A stretch of DNA of 63,092 nt, counting the filler, from Phoronis australis (taxonomy: Eukaryota > Animalia > Phoronida): the NCBI GenBank assembly GCA_002633005.1. It is 5 parts of 5 records of this genome, joined end to end, with 100 filler letters (N's around TTAATTAATTAA, not from the genome) between each part and the next. Parts side by side here need not be neighbours in the genome. Positions count along the whole stretch, not along the records: positions 1 to 30,302 come from NMRA01000440.1; positions 30,403 to 45,942 come from NMRA01000573.1; 3 more parts are not named here. One strand, given 5' to 3'. Positions 25,500 through 40,200 of this stretch are shown here, piece after piece. The position numbers and the translations under genes are program-made. The notes under the pieces were generated by a model that worked only from the letters and a program-made list of their open reading frames with translations, ran no database searches and was not told the origin of the DNA. Position 1 is the first letter of the stretch. Each line of letters opens with the position of its first letter.

Positions 25500-27072
25500 T
25501 TATGACAGACTCAGAAAATCAACCTAAAGGTTTTAAGTTCCTTTAATAATAAAAATGTCAATTGTAGTATCAATTCTACTTATTAAATACTACTAATGAT
25601 GTGACCTAGTATTTAGGGACACCTGTTGTCCAGTTGAATAAGTTCTAATTCGCCACCAGATGTCAGTCAAATCAAAATCCTTTAAATTAAGCATATCAAA
25701 TTGTTAATTTACAGGTTTAAGTGCAAAATTTTAAAGTTAAAATAATATTGCTGGCTAGTCAATTATTAAGGTAAGGTACCTGGCACCATAAAATTATGTT
25801 AGACAAAGAATTTCTTTACATTTTTTTAGCAATAATTTACACTCAATTATTACAAAAATTAGGTCATATATGTATTAGGAACTATGCCTTGTGTTGGCTA
25901 CTTCACCCTCATTGTTGATTGTGAGGGCAAAAGTGCCAAGCCAGCCAAAGTTTTAACTTGTCGCTGCACTTTTCAAACTCGAAGCGCATTCTCCAAACTG
26001 GACGCAGCAAAATTTAAACTTGTTGCTGAGTAGAGTCAAAACTGGTCCTGGAGAACACTGTACTCTCAAAGGAATATTGAACAGTTGATTTGAGGCTAAC
26101 TGAAAATTGCTCTCCTGCCATTTGCAAGTGTTTATAAAAATGATCTGTGGCATCCTTCATCAAATATGCTTTCTTTTATCTATTTTCATCCATCTATTGA
26201 GAGCACGTCAGCTACGCTACAATAAAAAAAAACATGTTTCGCGACTCTTGTGTATATCAGTGCCGCGACCTCTAACGATAACTTCGCTCTGACTGTTCCT
26301 TCTACACCGAAGTTTCGGTGAGTACCGAAGCTTCACTTTGAAATCAGCAAAGCTAACCTTTCCCACCTACCACAATGTCAGTAAAAGCAAAGTTTTGCCT
26401 CTAAAGGGAAAGCGGCTTTAGAAACACAACATATAGCGAAGATGTGAATACGAAGTTCGTTGAAAATAGCCAAATGTTTTTAAGAACAAGTTTTGAGGCG
26501 AAAATGATCTGCCGCAAATCACGGAAATTTGTACAGTATTCTGACGTGGTGCTGCGGATTAACACTGCATGATGTAGGCTATGTGGGCCCCCCACAGTAC
26601 ATCATTAGTGTAAAGGTCACCTACTTTCAGAATTATTTGTTTTCAAATTTACGAATTGTCAATGAATACAACTGCATTTTGTGCAGCGTAGGTTATGTTA
26701 AAATAGCAACGTGTGCTAGTTATTCTTATACATTAGCATATTTAGATGCAAATATTTCTTTAAGACATACAGCAGCAGCTGCAAAAAATGCCACTGGGAG
26801 GCACCACAGTAGTCCAAAAATCAACATAACCCGTTCTCTTGTCAATAGGATCCCATCAGCCAACTTTCAGAACTATTTTTAATGAGGTCTAGCAGATAAC
26901 GAGGATGTCAAAAAACGAAATGAAAAATAACACAAATGGCCAGTTGGTACAGCAAACTCCGTCCAGTCACCACAACTTTCACCTCGTTAAAAAACAATTT
27001 ACATATAAAACTGAGTTGCAAACTTTGGATCAATGCTCTTTTCTGGCATTACGCATACCCTCAATGAACCAG

Positions 27073-28207
27073 AACCTGGTCTCCAATCTCCGTACTCAGA
27101 CTCATACTCATACTCGAGATTTCATACTCAAAATCGTGCTCACTAGTCGTACTCAAAAAAGCGCATCTAATGTCGTATTTCGAGTAGACTCCAAACGTAC
27201 TCAAATCTGGCACTCATACTCGAGTTGCTATGGAACTCTTTATGATGTGAAATGCAAAATCACGCAAAGACACGCTGATTCATCGCTCCCTATTGGAACA
27301 GACCACCCCAGGAACTAGGCCTACATTATCGTCTGCTGTCACTACAACTACAAGATTATGTCTATAACGTGGAATTCTGAGTGTTCTGTAACTGTTATTC
27401 ATTTTTTAGTTTCAATAAATATTCTTATGTCATTTCTTTGATACATTTCACAGTTATTAAGCTTTATTTCTTGAGTTCCTCACCCAGTCCCGAAAATGTC
27501 TTAAGAAATTTGTAACAGCTTATCACATCACATCTCTGTTGCTAATTTAGTCTTGACATAAAACCCATTGCTGTGTAGGCCTACGCTGATGTCAAACTTT
27601 GATACTGTATCGTGTATTGTACCTGGATGTATCAAGTGAGTTGACATTTGGCACTGAGTTAAAAAACAATACTTGTGCAGGCATTCAGAGTTCACCAGTG
27701 GCAGTGAACGGGACGAGACGTCTACTTAGAAATTGGCTAACAAAATCTGGAATTCCATTTGGGGATTGAGGAATTATAGATGACTAAGTTATGATGAGAA
27801 ATGTACNGGCGGGTTAATAAGGTGAAGAATAAGAAGATTTAAGATGTAAACTATTATCTCTGAACTGAAATTGAAGTGCTGAGATACGGTACGAGGACTT
27901 GGTTCCCTTTTGATATTTTGTTCTCTGGCTCGTATTTATTTTCGAGTACGATTTCGAGCACACTGCCATACCAAACTTGAAATTTGAGCATAGACTCGGA
28001 ATTTTTACTCAAAATCGTACTCGAAATATATACGAGATACACTTCAGTTCGAGTACACTCGAAAACTGAGTACGTGCTCGAAATTTCGAGTACAGATTTT
28101 TCGAGTATGACATTGAATACACCAAAGCTGAGTCTGTACTCGAGTTAAGTATGAAGTGTGAGTTTGAGCATGATTCGAGTCTGAGTACGGAGATTGGAGA
28201 CCGGGCC
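27073..28207. mobile_element. Non-autonomous DNA transposon (Harbinger-like) with TIRs and many actcga/tcgagt subterminal motifs
   Basis: cctggtctccaatctccgtactcagactc / gagtctgagtacggagattggagaccggg; apparent CAG duplication. Confidence 0.7.
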
Positions 28208-28666
28208 CAGATGTCTAGGAATTAAGACGGATTTCATGAAGAATTCCAACTCCACTTTTTGGTCACTGCTAACTTTTTCACAGTATCCGATCAGCACTGA
28301 TAAGCTAATTGTGACATCACATGAGCTAGGCCAGGAAAATTCACTGACTAGGCTGTAGCAAGGGAACTGCAAAATAGCCTGTTGATGAAATGCCATCTAC
28401 CAGAACTTTAAGATTTGAGCCCCATGGACTTTTTGTTTGTGAACTGGCGTAATTTTGCTCAACTTCTTCAAAATGATGTACGGCAAGAGAAACTAAAGTG
28501 AAACTCAACAGAATTTCATACATATGTTCAATTTAGGTTGATAAATATAGATTATTACATGGCGAAGTTGTTATCCCCCGTTATCTAGAGCCCGAGTGGA
28601 TTTTGGAGAATTATCACCCTCGGGTGAAAAATCCATGAGGACATTAGATAAGGGGGATAACGACTG

Positions 28667-28868
28667 AGAACATGTAATAATCTATTTACACCACATACTG
28701 AACAAGAAACATGTAATAATCTATTTACACCACATACTGAACGAGAAACATGTAATAATCTATTTACACCACATACTGAACGAGAAACATGTAATAATCT
28801 ATTTATACCACATACTGAACAAGAAACATGTAATAATCTATTTACACCACATACTGAACGAGAAACAT
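28667..28868. repeat. 39-bp tandem repeat x ~5 following a ~130-bp imperfect palindrome (28551-28681)
   Basis: gaaacatgtaataatctatttacaccacatactgaacra units. Confidence 0.9.
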
Positions 28869-29335
28869 TGCAATGAATCGATCTACCTTTCTCCACTCGC
28901 CTCGGCTTTTGTAACTACTTTCTATGTCAGAGGCCCGGGTCAGAGGTCGTGACCTTTTAAGAAAAGCTGAGCTATTTTTGTCAAATAATGCTGTTACTCA
29001 AAACCAATTGAAAATTTAAACAAAACAGAAATAGAGTGAATCTATAAATTAAGGTTTAGTAACTATTATAGCTTACTACACATTTTATCACGCTAAGCTT
29101 CGACCGGGAAAATATCGTCTGCTAAAGTAGGTTACCACTAGGAACTGAGTGTAATGCTCAAGTTAAAGGATCCCAACGACACAATGCCCGCATTCAAATT
29201 GAAGATCGATGATTTACAAGTGAGAGAACACGAGAAAAATTTCAGTGAATTAAAATATCGTTTTTATGGAAATTATGCGTCTTATTTTTCATAGCGTATG
29301 TCGGAACAATGCCCTTTGCTGAACATGCGATTGGT

Positions 29336-29514
29336 GCTAGCTGGCTGGCTAAGTGGTACCTAGCTGTATTTTGATGACAGTCTTCATACACGACAGCTAG
29401 CTGGCTGGCTAAGTGGTACCTAGCTGTATTTTGATGACAGTCTTCATACACTACAGCTAGCTGGCTGGCTAAGTGGTACCTAGCTGTATTTTGACGACAG
29501 TCTTCATACACTAT
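29336..29514. repeat. 60-bp tandem repeat x3
   Basis: ctggctggctaagtggtacctagctgtattttga.gacagtcttcatacac at 29341, 29401, 29461. Confidence 0.95.
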
Positions 29515-30302
29515 AGGCAATGACCATCGCCTCTGTTGGCCCGAACAAGAGGTGATGCAGACCCTATAGGCGCTCTGTACGCCGAAAGCTTTTCGGCGAA
29601 TTATGCCTCGCACCGACTAAAGTATCAAAGTCACGTTGTTATAAATACCTTTTGCACATAGAGGAACACCTTAGGAGGTCGTCGATGTGTTTAATTCCTT
29701 CCAACTCGAACAAATACTCCCATTATCAAACTTTTTCTTCGAGCAGTCCCTATTTCTGTTCCCAAAATCGTGAACTCAACATTTTCGCACTGCGCACGCT
29801 CCAATTTTTACCGCGCTCGCTAGGTGATGTGACTTCATGGCCTCTATCTTTAAATTGGCCAAAGGTGAGCCATTGCGGTCTAGTCAGTCAAATGTTTGTT
29901 TCCAAAATGCCACCACTTATACTTGTCTTTAATTGGCGTTACCAGGAAGAGATAACCAGGAAGGGAGAACTGTTTTAGCGCATTTTAACGTATTTTCAAA
30001 GGTGATTTCAAAAGTAAATGTTAAAGTAGTCTGGAATACAAGCATTGTGTTTGAAAGCTTAACTCTTTAGCTATAAAATGACACCACTTTTGTCCCCAAA
30101 GACTTCATATTAATGGCACTGGGATGCTTTGAACATGACTTGTTTTACCCTTCCAAAAGATGCCTCTTCCCAGGCATGTACTCGGGCACGATCCTCTTTT
30201 TTGAACCAACAGATGTCACTAATATATGCAAATGAGGCTCGCATCGTCTACGTCATACGACGTCATACGGCGCGAGCTTCCAATTTGAACCCTCGAGTGC
30301 CT

Positions 30303-30402
30303 NNNNNNNNNNNNNNNNNNNNNNNNNNNNNNNNNNNNNNNNNNNNTTAATTAATTAANNNNNNNNNNNNNNNNNNNNNNNNNNNNNNNNNNNNNNNNNN
30401 NN
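30303..30402. other. Artificial contig spacer N44-TTAATTAATTAA-N44
   Basis: Exactly 100 nt, six-frame stop 12-mer; identical at 45943, 56563, 59477. Confidence 0.95.
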
Positions 30403-31113
30403 TAATTGCCGACCAAGGACACGCTTAATCCGAATTGGTCATCTACGCTAGGCGACCAATTAGCCGACCCAAGTGCCGACCACAGAGGCGACTAAGCAGA
30501 CGGCTACTAGCCGACCGTTGTTGGTCGGCTGCTGGTCGGCTAGACGACCGGTCGACGGCCGGTCGTCGACCAATTTCCGACCGGTCGGCCAAAAATTCGT
30601 GATGTGTGCTGTAGAATGAGGACAAACACGAGCAGCTAAGGGAACTTATAGCGTAAATGTTATGATCGTAAGTTACAAAATTAATGGGCTGAAATAAATC
30701 ATATCCTAAACTCATCAAGCCCTGTAACACATTTGCTGACACACGGAAACTTTTAACTTGAAAATAGATCCACATGTCTCTTCAAAAATGTTCTGAACGT
30801 AGACCCAGGAGCCCATATTTGGGAGAGGCTTTCTGTGAAATTCTCGACACCCTTTTAGCAACAGCCTATTTAACAAGGGAGGTAACTTCACAACACTTCA
30901 TGTATTTTGCAACCTGAAGCACTTCCTTTTGGAACCTTCAAATTGCTATTTTTTTAAAAAAGCCACAAGTAATATGTTGAAGTGACATGAACGATTACCG
31001 CACCTACCAACAGAATTACAATAATTTTTTGCAGTCAGAGAATCCCAACCCGTCAAACCAACACTGTGTACCTCATCAAAAATCAAAGAACAAAACCCTT
31101 CTCTCCAACTTAC

Positions 31114-31217
31114 CAAAGCATACTCATTTACATGTTGTAGTGTCGTCCCTATGTCTCCTCTAGAAGCACGGTCCAGAAGAGCCGACTCCGCACCTTTACA
31201 CAGTAGGTAGTAATCCC
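31114..31217 (-). CDS. ATP11: ATP11 exon: [15 protein letters not shown]...HVNEYAL (last exon before contig end)
   Basis: cctcag / gtaagt, 104 nt, phase 1-0. Confidence 0.93.
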
Positions 31218-34200
31218 CTGAGGATGAGATCAAGTAAATCACATCTAATCAAGCTGTCTATTTAAACTTCATAATCACCAAGATAATTCCATGGAAAGCC
31301 TATTGACAGGACAGGTGTACTTGAGCACATTAAATGACAAAAAGTTGACCAAAACTGGAATTTTCCTAAGGTCCTACATAACATTGAAAGACAAAGTCAT
31401 GCTCCTTACCTTTCTCATCTTCCACAATAACACTCATGCGTTTGCGCGTTGCGTCAAACTCCAACACATGATGTAGTTTGTACCGTCTGTCTGTATCCTT
31501 GACACTCACTTCTAAGTAGTCGTCATGGCTACCATGAAACACAACACCATACCTGTAATAGTTGAGATTTAACATAGAAACAAGCATCTTAACATGTCTT
31601 CATAGCCGCATCTTCTCTAACAAAGCAACACCATCATAATCATATCCTTTCTTTGAACTGCATTTTGTTGCAACAACAAGCCTGGAATAACCCAGAATAG
31701 CTTTGGAAGAAGTAAGTAACCTTTGGTGATAGGCAAACTTCACCCAAGAAAGAAGTAAGTAACCCTCGCTGACAGGCAAACTTCACCCAAGAAAGAAATA
31801 TGATGGGATACATTAAAAAAAAGTTAAGTACAGTTCTGTAAAAAATGTTGTTTTTGACAGAAGTCATGGGTTTATTGTACCTTTAAGGCAATAAAAAGTG
31901 AGTTAAAATGAAGAAAGGTCACTTTTAAGGAAATATCTTCCCAGTTTTGCATTGTAATTAACTTAAAATTAAAGTAAAAACATACCATCTACAATAAACA
32001 ATTCATTTCAAATAGTTAATCCTTACCGACAACCGAAGATTTCTGGGCTTGTGCTGACCTGGCAGTTTGTTATTGCTGAAGACAAGACTTTGCAACTTCG
32101 TTTGACATGGTTTGTCATGTCAAGCGCTGAAAGCCATGTGGCAGGTTCTGTGACTGCACAGTGGATGGAGTAACTAGTTGGGTATTGATACTGGGCAACT
32201 CCAACAAAACAATAGGAAGATTCCCAACCATTACATACCTTCTGCAGGCCTCGACAAATGCCTTCTCATCAGGTGACGAAGCATGATACTCATAACCGTA
32301 GCTAAGTTCTGAATCATTCTTGGAGATGGGGCCATCCACAGAGTCAGTGGTATCATGCCTATCCACGCGCACAGTGTGACAGAGGGCAAGTACTGTGAGA
32401 AACTGTTCCATCTCAGGCTGGAAACAAACAATGAATAAATACCATATGCCACATGATAAGACCAACGTATGACGTGTATGAAGACTAATAAATCCTTACA
32501 TTAATGTATAGGGAATGGCTGGCAATAGTCACTTACAGAGGTTTCGCATTTTTCCACTGAATAGTAGGTACCATCTCTCAAAATCCAGGACCCCGTAAGC
32601 AGGACCCCCCGTAAGTGACTATTGCCAAATAGTTTCATAAAAGACTAAATAAGACTCAGGTAATCATAAGTACTGAAATGCACTAGTTATACTAAAATGG
32701 AAAGTTGCCGACCACAGGGACACAAACACTGTTTTTAATACTTATTCAAGGTCATTTCCAGTAAGGAAAATGATTTTCCATTGACAATGCTGAAAATTTT
32801 TACAAGCAACTCAACTACAGCAAACATTCTGCATGCTTTGGAAATGTTGACAATTACCAACATTATGGAAAGAACCTACCGTATTGCCTATTCGATTATT
32901 TTTCAAACAGGGTATAAAATTTAATATGTTATTATTGTAATCATACCACTTCATCCTTACCGTCACAGGGTCAACCAGCGAAGCACGTGAGTCTGTCACG
33001 TCTTCGCCGCCGTCGATCCTGTCCAAGCAGAGCTTGTTGCCTTGCTCAGTGTAACTGGTGCCACCTATTGAGCACTGACGGAACTGCATGTCATTCTCAG
33101 TGAGGGTTCCTGTCTTGTCTGTGAACAGGAACTGCACCTGTAGAGATACAAGATGACATAGTAATATAACAGTAATATAACAGGTTGATGTAGACATGAT
33201 TACAATAATAGCCTTCGCATGGTACCTGCTATCTGACTCAACAGGACTATCATTCATGAAAAGAGACTGAGATTAAAGTCGGAAATTTCATCATACACTT
33301 TACACAACCATTTCTGAAAAATAATTTCATCCCACCCCAGAAATGTAGGGTCTCAGAAATATACCCATAATTGCTAGTTGATCAGAATGTTTTTGCATTA
33401 AACCATTTCTAAACTGTGATGCACCAACAAAAACTAGGCAAAAAATTCATTCGGTTTTGTGAAGTGGAAGCACATGTAAAAATTTCCGACTGAAGTCTTA
33501 AGCTCAGAAATCATGATTGTTATTCCAATGACTGTCACAGAAAACTCAATGATAACATCATTACATGCTGTTTACTAAATATCTTTAACAATGTACAAAA
33601 TGACACAGGACAAACTAGTGTGAGACTGTGCAATATGACACCACACAAATTGACACAAAAATTTTTACATAAAATTTGAGCATCCAAAATTAAGCCCTTA
33701 AACATGTTAACCTTGGCGATTTTTAATGACACAAATGCTGCTATAAAAGTGGCGTCAAGTTGGACATTTCTCCGAAAAGAAGTGATTCTTACACTTGCGG
33801 AGAAATTGCTACTGATGAACAAAGTCAGTAACCTTGAATTTGTAGGTTGTCCGTTAAGGCACTGAAACTGCAATGGTGGTTAGACTACAGGGGACAGACT
33901 GGTTCTATGCCCAAACACTAGATGGAGACACGAGTTGGAGTTTAGCAATTTTAGGAATTTTACAGACAAATTCACTGTGTTACCTGACCAAGCTCTTCAT
34001 TGAGATCTGACGTGTTGGCCTTGGCCGGCTGGTTGGTAGTCTCATCATACATCTCAATGTCCCACGCAAAGAATATTGAGCCTAAGAACTTCTGTAGTTC
34101 TGCAAGTAGGTGGAACACCTTGTGACTTCACCACAAGTATACATTATTGGCGGACAAGCAGTGTGTAGGTATAAACTAATTCAAGTAAGAATAGTATGCG

Positions 34201-37200
34201 GCAAAAGTACTCAAACAAAAATATCGTTCACATCATGATGGCAAATTTTTTACGAGCGAAAACGAAATGCAATGGCTTATCATTTCGTCAAAATCCTAAT
34301 CGTGGAATAGGGTTAACTTAGGAAATTTCAGACACACATGAGTACAAGAAACAGTTACCATGACAATTAATGATCTGTCATTTTATGAGTCATATCCTCA
34401 AGCTGTTTTAAAATCACTTACAAAATTATGACCCAAAGATTTTGGAAAAAATTCTACAGACATTGAAGGAGTTGGCGTCACCACATTTTCCATTGCCATT
34501 AGAAACAACTCACAGGTCAGGAATAATTCAGAAACAAGAATTAGATTGTAATAAAATTAATTGACTAGTAATTCCGACAAGGATCGTCAACAGAAAAAAT
34601 GATTTGCTCCTTACCTATTTATGGACATGAATGTGCAAGGACTGTACATAAAGCTTTGACATGCAGAGTCTTGCTTTGTTTGCAATTTGTATTTGTCAGG
34701 AGAAAAATCCAAGTTTTGAAAAACGAAAATTTAGCAATGTCGTGATTTCCACAAATGCACCATGTCAGTGGTGGAGATTATATTTTTGTGTGCGTTTAAC
34801 AGCATTCATTTTGTTTTTTCTTAGCGTCAAAAACAGATTATCAGAGTTGCCATAGCAACACTATCCACTACTTACCCACAGTGACATAAAGTGATATAGG
34901 GATGACGTAGTTTATTAACACCAAGAAGGCAAAGAAGTCAATGACTACACCAACAGCCTACAAACAAGAGTTGTAAGCACTTAATAAATAGAAGACGTCA
35001 TCAATTTTCACTAATTACGTGTTGAGATCCCATTCACAAATAACTAATTGAGCTTGATTAGACTGCTTCAAAGAACAAATTTCAAGACCAATGTTAACAT
35101 TATGTCTCTCTAAATTCGTGATGACATCTATGTGAAACGAGATTGAATTATGATTACCAGTTTTATTCAATGCATGTTTTCCATCTTAATACTAACAAAA
35201 CCCTGGCAGCCAACAAGTGTGACCTCTATTGGGCAGTGCCAACATTTGCGATCTATTTTGGGAATGTCGTCTTGTCTCCAGTTTCTGGCTCCTGTTTGCT
35301 GATTGGTTAAAACAAACATATCATGTAAATTTTCATGTGGACAAGATAGCAGTGTTTTTTGGTTTTTTGGGAAACATTCAGTCGGAAAATTGTAGTGTTA
35401 ATTTTTTGATCATGCTGGCAAAAAATTACATATTTAGTCAAAATTTTGTTAAAAAAATCTTAATATCGAATTGTTCATTAACTTTATTACATCCTGAAGG
35501 AAATACGGTACTTGTTGAGTAATGATTTAATGTTATTTAAACGATGTATAGTATATTGTTTTATATGACTTGTAATTATCATGCTGGAGCAAAATAAAAA
35601 ACATTTGCGATTAAACACCAACCATGTTGCACCTCAGACACTTGAAGTAAAAAGTACACAATTAATGCACACACAGCTGACTTTCTACCACTGCTATACA
35701 GACATTCAACGTTTTTGACTACTCATGGTCCTAAGCGGAAGCGACCTCGTTATGAAGAATTAACATTTGAAATAACAGTTCCCAATGTGAAGAAAATCAA
35801 TCTAGAGATACTCGGAGATCTACAAGAAAGTACAGCACAATCCAAAAGTATTCAGACAAAATGACCAGGAATTACCTGTCACGGTGGCTGGGTGGAAACT
35901 GAATTCAACTTCAGAGTAGTCTCCCCTGACGACTGAGAATGAAGGAGACTTAACAAGAAAGTTAGTAACAATTAGAACTTTGTTGCCCGAATTGTCAAAA
36001 CCAGTGATTTTTGCAGTTAATAGAATTAGCCCTCATGATAGGGAAATGGTATTTTGTCTAATTACTTGTTTATAGTGAATGTATATTGCAGCTGACCTGT
36101 GACCTGCAGCTGACCTGTGACCTGCAACTTCCTGCTACTTACACTGATCTTGTAGTCTGAACTGGTCTTGTGAGGTATGTTCATCTGATTGAACCATGAG
36201 ATGACCCTGTCCTGACCTGAATACCAGTACTTAAGGGCAGTCAGGATGATGGCCTCGACCAATAGAATGACCAAGAAGATGAGGAGAAATGTGTTCATAG
36301 ACCTGCAACCACATGACCGTCATGAGACAAAGCTTCACTAGAATTGGACTAGTGCATTTACCACAAGAATTAGCATTCACCATTGAGCACAGAATCATAC
36401 GCATTCAACAGAAAACCTGCAAAGTCAATCATCAACACATCAACATTTTCAAGTTTGCATTTATTTGACAATACATTCAAGGGAGAGTATTTATATGATT
36501 ATGTATAAAAAGCAGTACAAAAGGGAGACTATTTAATATATGACTACGGGAGCCTATTTATATCACTTTGCATTCCAGGGAGAGAATTTATACAATTATG
36601 TATTCAAGGGAAACTATTTATAGGACTACGTATAATTGTATTCAAGGGAGAGTATTTACATGACTATGCGTTCAAGGGAGGAGCAAACATCTGAAAAACT
36701 CACTGTTCACTATGAATACAAAATTATGTTAATGTACTTAAAAGAAATAAATTATGTTAACGACATAAAGATTACAGTTGGTATCATTGCAAAAGAATTT
36801 CTTAAATAGAGTATAATTATAAATTGCTGAACTCTTACCTTTCAACTTGTGATCTTTTGACAATTTTGAACTTTGAGTTCAACGCCATCTTTGTTTCCTG
36901 TCCAGTGTAAATAGCTGCAGCTGAAATGAGGATGCAAATTTTATGGAGAATATGTCGAATAAAAACAACATTTAAACCATGTTTTGTTACAAAGATATGA
37001 CATAATCTACTGACTGGTGACAGCCCTTTATTTGACAGTCAGGTTCAAACACGTTCTTGACTTGACTCCAAGTAGGTTTCATATTTCTACATATTGAAAG
37101 ATGTTTACTGACTTACAAGCACAGCAAAAGGGACTTTGGCAAAAAGAGTGCAGGCGGTCTGATGTCTTTTGCAATGTACTAGTTGAGCACAGGCCTCATA

Positions 37201-40200
37201 ATTTTGTGAGCCTGCTCAGGACAGAATACTGCGCAAAGTTTGCACTCATTACAAAAAATGGCACAATTATAACAAGCAGGGCTTGGAATGACCAATGACA
37301 AAAAACGCAGAAACTTTGAAACTTTTACGGCCCAAATCATGCCCGATAACCAGCCTTGAAATGGTCAATGTGAACCTTTCCCCGACAAAAATCGGGAGGA
37401 CTAAAAAAAAAAAAAAAAAACGTTACCACCATCAGTAGCATGCGTCTGCGTCCTTTTAGCTCGCCCGTCCACTCCCAACCCACACATTTTTGGCTGCAGA
37501 GCGGTAGCATTTGTCACCGCGCTTAACAATAACACGAGACGCCATTGAAAATCCAACCACGCTGTCCCAGATGCCCCGGCAATGTTGACAATTTACGTTC
37601 CTCCGAAACATAAAGAGCAACTTCCGCTTTTTGAAGTGAACGTCGTCTGCAACGCCGCGGTAAGAAAGGAATTTGCCGCGGAAATTTTATATCAAATCCG
37701 ATTTTTTTACGCGGAAATATTATAAAAAAGCGGAAAGCACATTTGAAAAAAGCGGAAATCCGCGTTTCCGCGGAAAATTCCAAGCCCTGAACAAGAACAT
37801 GACAAAACTGAATAGTGCTATAACTCACCAAATATAAAAGGAGTGTTCCTGAGTCTAGCGCCTCTCAGCAATACATTTTGAGGACCCAATGCTTCAACTT
37901 TGGGCTCATCATTGCCGTTGTATATATTGATTCGACCAATAAACTTGTAAAGGTCTGTGATTGGTTGCTGGCATTCAATGACGGAACGAATGTTCACAAA
38001 GTCTTCGGGCACTTGAAAGTTACGTGTTTCTTGGACAGCATAAAAGCACTGCAAGATACAGTAAATACAGCTTCATTTAAATATTCTGAACACCTTATTC
38101 ACCTGGTCAAACTGGTCAACACAATTTTACAGGTAACTATGGCAAGAGACCACTGGTCAACAGAGGTCAACAATTGAATCTTGTGTGGACCTGTCTTGAA
38201 ACATTTTTTAACCTCAACCCCAGAAACAGTAACTGTAAAAACCATCGAGCAACATTTCACACAATGAAACAGGCACATTTTGAGGTTACTATCATAAGCA
38301 AAGTTACATTTCTAATGACAGCTGGAGCTCCCTGTTCATATTAAGTTAGGTTCTCCTACCAGGTGCCTCCAATCAATAGTGCACCTTGTCAATGTCAACC
38401 ACTTATCAGTAATTACATTAATTTTAAGGTTGACTTAACCATCACCTTGGAGAAGAAAATAAACAGTAAAGTTTCTTCAAATTCAGACAAAACTAATGGC
38501 CATAACTTTCATTTTTCATTTTCAAACGCTCATTGTATTGCCAAAACTGTTCAAAATTTAATTGTGTACAAGTTGATGACGGCCATGCTACATCAAATAA
38601 GCAAGTAAACCTGTCTTCTTGGTTACGCTTGTTGAAAATTTTGATAAAATAAAATTCTACTGTTCTGTCATATTGTGTTCTAATTTGAAGAAACTATTCC
38701 ATATGTATAGCTCCAATAGCTAATCTGCAGGCTGGCCACATAATCAAGACTAACATAAAGGCTAGATTACCCCTTGATGTTGTTCTGTACATCTAACCTT
38801 AATACCCAACTCAAGTTTGAATGTCAACCTTGAGGCTGTTTTGATCAAATGTTTTGAGTCTTCAATACTAACCTTAAGGTTGGTCTCCCCATCCAGGTTG
38901 GCCGTGGTCACGTAACATTGACCATCTGGCTCATAACTGGACAGCATGACACAGTCACACGGGAATCCCTGATTGAGTTTCACTTGCACGATGTCCCCTA
39001 CTTTGATTTCCATAGATTTGATCTCTATAAGTTTACCGTCGCGTACGACATGTGCTGGCCGGTGGTTCACTTCATTATCAGCCTTGTGTCTCAGCCAGTC
39101 TTCATATCCCTGCAACAGAACACAGATAATTGTGCATAAACAGAAATGAGAGTCTGCCTAGTAATGAACTACAGAAGTGGTACTTGACTTATCAGTGAGT
39201 TTTCCATGTTGAATTTATAAAACACATTTTATATAAAAGCAACTACAAGATTTGTAGAAAGTGGAACACATCCCCAGGTTTCAAACTATATGTTTTATGT
39301 TTCTATGAAACAATGGCTCCATGTCTTGGTCTTTGAAGTAACGTGCACTATGTGACTTATTCAACTTTCCCCTTGCGGTGAAGCTGGAAAACTGGTGACA
39401 TCAAAAAGACATGGTAAAAGGCAGAAAAAGGTGAAGCCAACAAATAGGTGAAGCAACAATATGTTTGAAGTTAAGAAAGTGGTGCATGGCACAGAAATGC
39501 CAATTTCCAAGAATCAACCTTTATGGTAACCTCAATGTATAGTAGTGACGAGAGTTCAATTTCAAAGTAATCAAGACTACCATCACATGACAGAAAACAC
39601 ATTAGTAGCCAAGATAATTTCTCATACTCCGCACATAACTCACTTGTTTAATGGCAGTAACGGAAATGACAAAGACTAAAGGTACAATGGAAGTGGCTGG
39701 ACTGACTGGATTATCAGGAATGCAGAGCTGGAATGGAATGTTGGATAATGTTGAACAGTTAAAACGACACAATGTGGAATTCCTGACCAAATGTCACCTG
39801 AACTTGCTTAGTGGTAAAATCAACTTGATTATGAACAAATCAATGAATGTATGCCTAGAACAGACACTGCATACAACGAATGAAGGGACGATGAATTTCA
39901 AGCGCATGGTAATGAATGACAATATGTTGGTTTCAATTAAGTTGACAACAAGACCAGACTGCAGCAAAATACTGAAATTAACTATAACATAGTACTAAAA
40001 TGGTTTACTTAATAAAATTTTAATGTCACACGAAAAAGCACAAAAAAGAATACTTCATTGGACTTTTACCACACAAAAATAAACTTTCACTTAACATTCT
40101 CAGTAGAAATTGATTGCTTGCTCAGAGACAGTCATCATGACCTTTTACGAACATGTTCTGGCACTTTGTCACATGACTCCAAGATAGTAAGATTGAGTTG

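Noticed and set aside
27589-27760. CIVPGC...RNWL THAP-like remnant inside the 27-28 kb element
   Set aside because: Too short and broken to call.
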